From an uncultured Gammaproteobacteria bacterium (GTDB taxonomy: Bacteria; Patescibacteriota; Patescibacteriia; SG8-24): a stretch of 64,000 nucleotides of DNA. The position numbers and the translations under genes are program-made. The DNA is taken from assembly GCA_964491475.1 (NCBI GenBank), contig CAZBFO010000002.1:277841-341840 (forward strand), read 5' to 3'. Positions 57,192 through 64,000 of this stretch are shown here, in pieces (the stretch's first letter is position 1; each line of letters opens with the position of its first letter). Under the pieces are notes generated by a model that saw nothing but the letters and a program-made list of their open reading frames with translations, had not been told where the DNA came from and searched no databases.

Positions 57192-57608
57192 ATGTTGCTT
57201 TATCTCGATCTCCGCCGCGACGAAGTGACGCTTGCCGCCGTCGACGCCAGGGGCGCCAAGTGGCTCGTCGTGCCCGGCGACAACATGATCGGCCGCGCGC
57301 TCGACAAGGCCAAGAAACCGTTCGGTCTGCTCCGCAAGAAGCCGACCGGCGTGGTGCTGGCCATGAACGCGCCGGGCGCGGTGCGGAACGTTTCTTGGAG
57401 CGGCGTTCGCCAAGGCGTGGCCACGGCAAACTCCCTGGCCTTCGCCTGGGGCGTGCCGGTCGCCGCCGTCGGCATCTGCGGCGACGAGTCGCGCCAAGCG
57501 CTTGCCGAGATGGCGCGCAGGGCTGCCGACGGCGCCAAGCTTGGCGAATGGGTCGGTGCGGTATACAGCGGCGAGCCGACCATTACCAAGTCGAAAAACG
57601 AATTATGA
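57192..57608 (+). CDS. tsaB: Minimal TsaB-like protein (t6A biosynthesis)
   Basis: SWSGVRQGVATANSLAFAWGVPV (compare SFTGLRIG), C-terminal YSGEPTIT. Confidence 0.65.
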   Translation: MLLYLDLRRDEVTLAAVDARGAKWLVVPGDNMIGRALDKAKKPFGLLRKKPTGVVLAMNAPGAVRNVSWSGVRQGVATANSLAFAWGVPVAAVGICGDESRQALAEMARRAADGAKLGEWVGAVYSGEPTITKSKNEL

Positions 57609-57639
57609 AAGACCGGACGTTTGTCCGGTCTTTTTTGCC

Positions 57640-58212
57640 CTACGACTTCGTCGCCTTCATCAAGAAGGCCGGGAAGAGGTTAAGCAGTTCGAACTCCAGG
57701 TGCACCGGTCCGAACGCCTCTTTCATGTACGGCATCATCAGCGGCGAGTACTGGTGGAAGATGACGAAGGTGCCTCCGGGGCGGAGCATCTTCTTGGCCG
57801 ACGCCACCACCGAGCGGCGCTCGTCTTTGGAAAGATAAGTGAAAGGGATACTGGCGATGACAGCATCGGCGTTGCCGACTGCTTCCGGCAGGTGCTTTTC
57901 CAAGTCCTGCGCCACGCCCTCGATTATGGTCAGCCGAGAATCGGTAATCTTGCGCAGGTCCGCGACGAAATGCGGATTGCGCTCGATGGCGATGACCCTG
58001 GCGTTCTGGCCCATCTTGGCCAGCACGGCCATGGTAGAAACCCCGTCGCCAGGACCAAGCTCGACCACCAGCTTGGCGCCAGCCAGATCCATCTGGCGGC
58101 ACAGGCGCTTCATCAGGAAGCCGAGGCTGGGACTGACGGCCGCGACATGCGGGTCGCCCAGCCATTTTCGAACGTAAGACGTGGGTTTGGCAGCAGAAGA
58201 TGTTGAGGGCAT
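57640..58212 (-). CDS. Class I SAM-dependent methyltransferase (PmtA-like)
   Basis: AAVSPS, VVELGPGDG, IAIERN, VIASIPF, LRPGGTFVIFHQYS. Confidence 0.82.
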   Translation of the reverse strand: MPSTSSAAKPTSYVRKWLGDPHVAAVSPSLGFLMKRLCRQMDLAGAKLVVELGPGDGVSTMAVLAKMGQNARVIAIERNPHFVADLRKITDSRLTIIEGVAQDLEKHLPEAVGNADAVIASIPFTYLSKDERRSVVASAKKMLRPGGTFVIFHQYSPLMMPYMKEAFGPVHLEFELLNLFPAFLMKATKS

Positions 58213-58304
58213 AAGAGGGAGATGACCGGAGTGTAGCGGAAGCCTCGTTTGCCGTCGAGCCTTTGAGCCTGTGTTTTCCGAATGCGGCGCGGTACACTGC
58301 AGCC

Positions 58305-58931
58305 ATGTCCTGGTTCTACCAGCCCAAACGACCCGTGGCCACCAAGCGAAACGGCACCATGATGCTGTCACGCTTCCTTGGCGTCTGGACGCTGTGGGGA
58401 CATGACGGCACCCATCAGGCGTCGCAGTACATGAACGTGGTGTGGAGCAAGATCGTGCGTCATCTGCGTCGTGAATACGGCGAATTCGAACCGCGCCGAT
58501 GCCTGATTTTGGGCGTGGCCATGGGCGCCACCTTCGGCATCGTCCAAAAGGCCTGGCCCGACGCCGACGTCGTCGGCATCGATTGGGAGCCGGATCTCTT
58601 CGCGCTCGGAAAAAAGCTCGGCATCTTCCGTCCCGGCCCGCGCCTGACGTTCGTCGAGGGCGATGCCGCCGTCGAGGTGCCGAAACTCGAAGGTAAGTTC
58701 GACTTGGTCATCGTCGACCTTTTCAACGGCCATCGCGTGGCCGATGTCGTCGCGCAAAACGGCTTCCGTGCGGCACTGACGGATCATTTGGCCGAAGGGG
58801 GCGTATTGGCGCTGAACTGCTACGACCAGCGACAGTTCCTCGAAGAGTGGCCGCCGCAGCTCCGTCAGCCGACGCTCGTCCGGCACGAGGCCAACACCAT
58901 CGGCATCTTCGGTTCCTCGGAGCGAACCTAG
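58305..58931 (+). CDS. Class I SAM-dependent methyltransferase (spermidine-synthase-like)
   Basis: CLILGVAMG, GIDWEP, EGDA, FDLVIVDLF, LAEGGVLALN. Confidence 0.8.
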   Translation: MSWFYQPKRPVATKRNGTMMLSRFLGVWTLWGHDGTHQASQYMNVVWSKIVRHLRREYGEFEPRRCLILGVAMGATFGIVQKAWPDADVVGIDWEPDLFALGKKLGIFRPGPRLTFVEGDAAVEVPKLEGKFDLVIVDLFNGHRVADVVAQNGFRAALTDHLAEGGVLALNCYDQRQFLEEWPPQLRQPTLVRHEANTIGIFGSSERT

Positions 58932-59002
58932 GAGCGTCGGGACCATTGATAGTACGGGGGATTGCTGCTATGGTGACCAGCGACGCGCAGGGCGTTTTTT
59001 CT

Positions 59003-60556
59003 ATGGAAGACAGCCCTCAATCAAGCCAAAATCAGCCGATGGTCCGCAGCGACGAAGAAGGCCGTCGGCGCATCGGCAACCGTGCCTACCGCCTCTTGGA
59101 AATGATCCCGGGCACCGCCGTCTGGGCGACGTTGGTCGTGGCGGTACTTTTGTCGTTCCTGTATCCGATCGTCGCCATCTATTTCATCATCGTCTTCGAC
59201 CTGTTCTGGCTGTTCCGCGTCTGCTACTTCGTCATCTTCCTGATGACTTCGTGGCGGCGCTATCAGCGCGACATCCGTACCGACTGGACCTCGCTTGCGA
59301 CAGGTCACCCGCGCTACGGTCAGATGCACCACCTGATCTTCATGCCCACCTACAAGGAGGACGTGGAAATCATCCGCCAGGCGTTCCGCAGCATCGCCTA
59401 CTCGTCCTACCCGGGAATGAAGGAACGGTTCATCGTGGTGCTGGCGGGCGAGGAACGCGCCAAGGAGCAGTTCATGGCCACCGCTGCGGAAATCGAAAAG
59501 GAGTTCGCCGCCGGCTTTTTGAAGCTGCTCGTGACCGTGCACCCCAAGGACTTGCCGAACGAGATGCCGGGCAAGGGTTCGAACATCAACTGGGCCGGCC
59601 ATCGCGCCAAGGAGCTCGTCGATCAGCTGGGCCTTCCGTACGAGAACGTCATCGTCTCTTCTTTTGACGTGGACACGCAGGTGCATCCGCAGTACTTCTC
59701 CTGCCTCACCTTCAAGTACCTGACGCATCCCCACCCGACGCGCTCGTCGTTCCAGCCCATCGCGCTGTACAACAACAACATGTGGGACGCGCCCGCGCTG
59801 ATACGCGTGGCCGCCTTCGGCACCACCTTCTGGCTGATGACCGAGCTGACCCGTCCCGAGCGCCTGTTCACCTTCTCGTCGCACAGCATGTCGTTCAAGG
59901 CGCTGGTCGACGTCGGTTTCTGGCAGAAGGACATCGTCACCGAAGACTCGCGCATTTTCCTGCAATGCCTCCTCAAGTATGACGGCGACTATTCCGTGAC
60001 GCCGATGCACGTGCCGGTCTCGATGGACACGGTCATGGCCGACACCTGGAGCCGCAGCCTCAAGAACCTGTACCTGCAGCAGCGGCGCTGGGCCTGGGGA
60101 GTGGAGCACTTCCCGTACCTGATGAGCCGCTTCTGGAAGAACAAGACCTTCCCGCTCCGCAAGAAGATATTCCACGTGTGGACCTTGTCGGAAGGCATGT
60201 ATACTTGGGCCACCGCCCCGCTGATGATTTTCATTCTCGGCTACCTGCCCTTCTGGGTGGCGCCGGAAGCCATTCGTACCTCGGTGTTCTTCCAGAACAC
60301 GCCGCACACCCTGGAACGGCTGATGCAGTTCGCCATGATCGGCGGCTTTACCTCGGCGGCGTTGAGCTTCACGCTGCTGCCGTCGCGGCCGCAGCACAAG
60401 CGGAGCCACGACATGCTGGTGATGCTGCTGCAATGGCTGCTGGTGCCCATCACCTTCATCGGTTTCGGCTCTTTTCCGGCTATAGATGCGCAGACCAAGC
60501 TCATGCTCGGAAAATATCTCGGCTTTAACGTCACGGAAAAGAAGCGCAAGACCTGA
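59003..60556 (+). CDS. Membrane GT2 family glycosyltransferase (processive-type motifs)
   Basis: MPTYKE, GKGSN, FDVD, VTED, QQRRWAWG; flanking TMs. Confidence 0.88.
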   Translation: MEDSPQSSQNQPMVRSDEEGRRRIGNRAYRLLEMIPGTAVWATLVVAVLLSFLYPIVAIYFIIVFDLFWLFRVCYFVIFLMTSWRRYQRDIRTDWTSLATGHPRYGQMHHLIFMPTYKEDVEIIRQAFRSIAYSSYPGMKERFIVVLAGEERAKEQFMATAAEIEKEFAAGFLKLLVTVHPKDLPNEMPGKGSNINWAGHRAKELVDQLGLPYENVIVSSFDVDTQVHPQYFSCLTFKYLTHPHPTRSSFQPIALYNNNMWDAPALIRVAAFGTTFWLMTELTRPERLFTFSSHSMSFKALVDVGFWQKDIVTEDSRIFLQCLLKYDGDYSVTPMHVPVSMDTVMADTWSRSLKNLYLQQRRWAWGVEHFPYLMSRFWKNKTFPLRKKIFHVWTLSEGMYTWATAPLMIFILGYLPFWVAPEAIRTSVFFQNTPHTLERLMQFAMIGGFTSAALSFTLLPSRPQHKRSHDMLVMLLQWLLVPITFIGFGSFPAIDAQTKLMLGKYLGFNVTEKKRKT

Positions 60557-60557
60557 T

Positions 60558-61616
60558 ATGCATGTCGTCATCTCCATCGTCGCCTGGAACAGCATGAAGT
60601 ACCTGCCGGAAGCGCTCGGTTCGCTTGATACGCAGACGTATCGCGACTTCACGCTGGTCGTGGTGGACAATGCCTCGGCAGACGGGGTCGAGGAATACGT
60701 GCGCGGCCACCATCCGCGCGCCGCCATCATCCGCAACACCAAGAACCTCGGCTTCGCCCGCGCCCACAACCAGGCCATCGCCTACGCCAGGGCGCGCATC
60801 GCGCCCGAACGCGGCGACTTGCTGATGCTGGTGATGAATCCCGACGCGGTGCTCGAACCGACCTTCCTCGAGGAGGCCGTGCGCACCATGACGCTGCATC
60901 CCGAGGCGGGAAGCGTGTCGGGCAAGCTGCTGCGCATGCGGCATTCGACGGACGAGATGGCCACCGGCGGCGAGAAAACCTCCGTCATCGACTCGGCCGG
61001 CCTGCGCATCCGCAAGACGCGCCGCATGGACGACCGCGGGGCAGGGGAGCAGGACGGCTCCGATTACGGCAAGGCCCGCGAGATTTTCGGCCCGTCCGGC
61101 GCCTTGGGCCTTTACCGCCTGTCCGCATTGGAGTCGGTAGCCTTTCCCGTCGGCAAGAACGGCGGCAACCGCGAGGAATACTTCGATGAGGATTTTTTCG
61201 CCTACAAGGAAGACCTCGATTTGGCTTGGCGCCTGCGCCTGGCCGGTTGGAGCTCTTTGTTTGAGCCGCGCGCCCTGGCCTACCACTACCGCACGGCCCG
61301 CGGCAAGGACAAGGCGTCGTACTTTTCGCTCGGCAAGAACCGCCGCGGACGTTCGCCTTTCGTGAAGTTCCTGTCGTACCGCAACCACTGGCTGGTGCTC
61401 ACCAAAAACGACCACTTCGTGAACCGCCTGATTGACTTGCCGCGCATCGCGTGGTATGAGACGGGAAAGTTCCTGTATGCCCTGCTGCTCGAACCGAGCA
61501 CGTTGAAGTCCATTCCTTCGGCGCTGGCCCTGTGGCCGAAGATGCGCCGCAAGCGCGCCTTCATCATGAAGTCGGCCCGAGTCTCGGCCAAGGACATTCG
61601 AAAATGGTTTGCCTGA
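60558..61616 (+). CDS. GT2 family glycosyltransferase
   Basis: VVDNASAD, NLGFARAHNQ, MNPD, FDEDFFAYKEDLDLAWR. Confidence 0.92.
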   Translation: MHVVISIVAWNSMKYLPEALGSLDTQTYRDFTLVVVDNASADGVEEYVRGHHPRAAIIRNTKNLGFARAHNQAIAYARARIAPERGDLLMLVMNPDAVLEPTFLEEAVRTMTLHPEAGSVSGKLLRMRHSTDEMATGGEKTSVIDSAGLRIRKTRRMDDRGAGEQDGSDYGKAREIFGPSGALGLYRLSALESVAFPVGKNGGNREEYFDEDFFAYKEDLDLAWRLRLAGWSSLFEPRALAYHYRTARGKDKASYFSLGKNRRGRSPFVKFLSYRNHWLVLTKNDHFVNRLIDLPRIAWYETGKFLYALLLEPSTLKSIPSALALWPKMRRKRAFIMKSARVSAKDIRKWFA

Positions 61617-61618
61617 AC

Positions 61619-62467
61619 ATGGACCTGTCGATCATCATCCTCAACTACAAGAGCCGCGGACTGGTGCGCCAGTGCGTAAAGACCATCGAGCTGTACGCTC
61701 CCAAGCGTTCATACGAAGTCATCGTCGTGGACAACGACTCCAAGGACGGCACGGCAGAAATGCTCGCCGCGTATTTTCCTGCCGAAAAGTTTCCGCACGT
61801 GCGCTTCATCCAGACCGGCGCCAACCTCGGTTTCGCCGCCGGCAACAACGTCGGCATCCGGGCCTCGAGCGGCAAGTACGTCATGATCATGAATCCGGAC
61901 ATCACCGTGCGCCCGGGCTCGATTGACGAGATGCTGCGCTTCATGGACGCGCACCAGGACGTCGGCGTGGCCGGTCCCAAGCTGGTCCATCCGGACGGCT
62001 CGATCGACCATTCCTGCTACCGCTTTCCCACGCCGGCCATTCCGGTGTATCGCCGCACGCCGCTCGGCAAGCTGCCGATGGGCAGGCGCGCCGTGGCCGA
62101 CTACCTGATGGAGGACTACGACCATGAGACCACCTGCGACGTCGATTGGCTGCTGGGCGCCGTGCTGACCGTGCGCCGCGCGGCGCTCGACGCCGTCGGC
62201 CTGCTCGACGAGCAGTACTTCCTCTACTTCGAGGACACCGACTGGTGCCGCCGTTTCTGGAACGCCGGTTGGCGCGTGGTGTATCACACCGGCGCGAACA
62301 TGGTACACTTCCACGAGAGGCTCTCCGCGCAGGGGAGCTGGATCACCTCGCCGTTCCGCAAGTCCACGCGCATCCACATCGAGAGCTGCCTGAAGTACTT
62401 CAGGAAGTGGAACGCCGCAAACGACAAGGCGGCGCTGCGGCTGGCGAAGGAAAAACAAACGGCATGA
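61619..62467 (+). CDS. GT2 family glycosyltransferase (WbbL-like)
   Basis: VVDNDSKD, NLGFAAGNN, MNPD, LDEQYFLYFEDTDWCRR. Confidence 0.92.
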   Translation: MDLSIIILNYKSRGLVRQCVKTIELYAPKRSYEVIVVDNDSKDGTAEMLAAYFPAEKFPHVRFIQTGANLGFAAGNNVGIRASSGKYVMIMNPDITVRPGSIDEMLRFMDAHQDVGVAGPKLVHPDGSIDHSCYRFPTPAIPVYRRTPLGKLPMGRRAVADYLMEDYDHETTCDVDWLLGAVLTVRRAALDAVGLLDEQYFLYFEDTDWCRRFWNAGWRVVYHTGANMVHFHERLSAQGSWITSPFRKSTRIHIESCLKYFRKWNAANDKAALRLAKEKQTA

Positions 62468-62509
62468 GGCGGCGGGGTACCCGTGCCTCGTGCGCGACGC
62501 GCCCGTCCC

Positions 62510-64000
62510 ATGCCCCACCATCATCACAATTTTCTCACGGCCGGATCGACGAAGCCCCGCCGCATGCACCCCGCCGTGCGCGGTACGGTCATCGCCTTCG
62601 TGATTCTGGCTGCCGTCGTCGGCGTCACGGTGCTGCTCGTGGCGCCGTTTTGGTACGTGAGCGAGCGCGTGTATTCGCGCGCCGAACAAGGCAAGCGCGA
62701 GCTGGACGCGGCGCAGAGGCTGGCCGGCGGCTTGCGTTTCGCCGAGGCCGCCAAGCAAGTCGCGGCGGCCGAGCAGGACTTCGCCGCCGCGCAAGCGGAA
62801 CTGTCGCGCCTGCAGCCGCTGACGGGCCTGCCGTTCATCGGGCCGCACGTCGTCGCCGGCGACCGGCTGCTGGCTTCGGGCATCGCCGCATCGCATGCGG
62901 TGGGCGACGTGCTCGGCGTCGCGGACGCCATGACCGCCACCTTGGCCGAGACTGAAGGCTTGAGCGGCGCGCTCACGGGATCGCTGCCCGATGCCGCCAA
63001 GCTGTTCAAGGACTTGGCCCCCGAGCAGAAACGCAAGGTGCTGGCCGCCTTTGCCGGCGGCGTGCCGGCGATGCGCGACGCATTGGAAAAAATCGACGCG
63101 TCCATCTCGTCCTTTGACGACATCCCGCAGGACGACATCGCCGCTTCGGTTTCCGCCGCGCTGCAGCCCATGCGTCCCAAGCTGGTCGCCATCCGTGACG
63201 CGCTGTCGCTGCTGTTGCCCGTCGCCGAGAAGGCGCCGGCGGTGCTCGGCTATCCCGAAGCGCGCCATTACCTGTTCTTCTTCCAGAACGACACCGAGCT
63301 GCGTCCGACGGGAGGATTCCTCGGCGTGTACGGCCTGGCGACCGTGAAGGATGCCGATCTGGCCGACATCGCCACCGATGACGTCTACTCCCTCGACGGC
63401 CCGGCGGATGCCGGACCGCGGCCGGCGCCGCCCGCGCCCGTCCAGAAGTACCTCGGCGTGTCCAAGTGGTTCCTGCGCGACGCCAACTGGTCGCCGGACT
63501 TCGTGACGTCCTCCAGGCAGATGGCGCAGTTCTTCGCCCAGGAGTATGCCGCGGCCAGGAAGGCCGACGCGCCGCCCATCGACGGCATGTTCACCGTCGA
63601 CACCGAAGTCGCGCGCGACCTGCTGCGCATCACCGGCCCGATCGTCGTGCAGGGCAAGACCTTCAACGCCGATAACGTGGTCGACGAGCTGGAGTTCGCC
63701 GTCGAGAAGGGCTTCGTGAAGGAAGGCGTGGCCTACGAGGCGCGCAAGGGCATCGTCGGCGAGCTGGTGAAAGAGGTGATCGGCCGGCTGGAGTCGATGC
63801 CGCTGGAAAAACTGCTCGGCGCGCTCGACGTCGTCAAGCGCAACCTCCAGGAAAAGCACATCCTGCTGGCGATGCGCGATTCCGATCTCGAAGGCTCCAT
63901 TCTCGACAGGCGCTGGGGCGGCAAGCTTCTGCCCGTGCAGGCCGATTACCTGTCGGTCATCGACGCCAACCTGGCGAGCCTCAAGACCGACCCTTCGGTG
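62510..64000 (+). CDS. DUF4012 domain protein, 3'-truncated by the window edge
   Basis: Not in the ORF track (no stop). Translates MPHHHHNF..TM..FQNDTELRPTGGFLG..RDANWSPDF..IDANLASLKTD. Confidence 0.88.
   Translation, partial: MPHHHHNFLTAGSTKPRRMHPAVRGTVIAFVILAAVVGVTVLLVAPFWYVSERVYSRAEQGKRELDAAQRLAGGLRFAEAAKQVAAAEQDFAAAQAELSRLQPLTGLPFIGPHVVAGDRLLASGIAASHAVGDVLGVADAMTATLAETEGLSGALTGSLPDAAKLFKDLAPEQKRKVLAAFAGGVPAMRDALEKIDASISSFDDIPQDDIAASVSAALQPMRPKLVAIRDALSLLLPVAEKAPAVLGYPEARHYLFFFQNDTELRPTGGFLGVYGLATVKDADLADIATDDVYSLDGPADAGPRPAPPAPVQKYLGVSKWFLRDANWSPDFVTSSRQMAQFFAQEYAAARKADAPPIDGMFTVDTEVARDLLRITGPIVVQGKTFNADNVVDELEFAVEKGFVKEGVAYEARKGIVGELVKEVIGRLESMPLEKLLGALDVVKRNLQEKHILLAMRDSDLEGSILDRRWGGKLLPVQADYLSVIDANLASLKTDPSV

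Noticed and set aside
57192-57608. TsaB as a pseudogene because it is short
   Set aside because: Intact frame with the core motif and C-terminal Y...P.IT; minimal TsaB forms are plausible in reduced genomes

Overview
High-GC chromosomal segment in standard genetic code 11. The gene set looks like Patescibacteria (CPR), probably class ABY1 / Uhrbacteria-like. That is an inference from the archaeal-type UMP kinase, minimal TsaB, wHTH-nucleotidyltransferase, DUF4012, the PP2C-like/TM/propeller protein, TSP3-repeat surface proteins and the many near-leaderless genes. Housekeeping genes (nth, mltG, UvrD/PcrA helicase, metK, dusB, MacAB-type exporter, pgi, cyclophilin, mutY, xseAB, pyrH, rplJL with an L10 leader, a GT2 cluster) are interleaved with stand-alone accessory genes that have their own promoter, SD site and terminator. 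The most unusual region is 8650-12700. It holds a promoter-to-terminator small RNA candidate with a duplicated motif, an ECF sigma/anti-sigma pair, and a second copy of the ECF promoter motif that drives an ORF-free structured RNA of about 310 nt. Facing that RNA is an orphan homologue of phage T5 A1 (metallophosphoesterase fold) with a long hairpin leader. Other highlights are two paralogous modular surface proteins (one with TSP1-like repeats and a tandem tail-fibre-like FETGDKP motif), nested-palindrome elements with CGCA/TGCG loops, a type II pantothenate kinase and an unannotated 49-aa basic ORF. No tRNA, rRNA, CRISPR array, integrase or transposase was seen. All family calls are by motif recognition, not database search.
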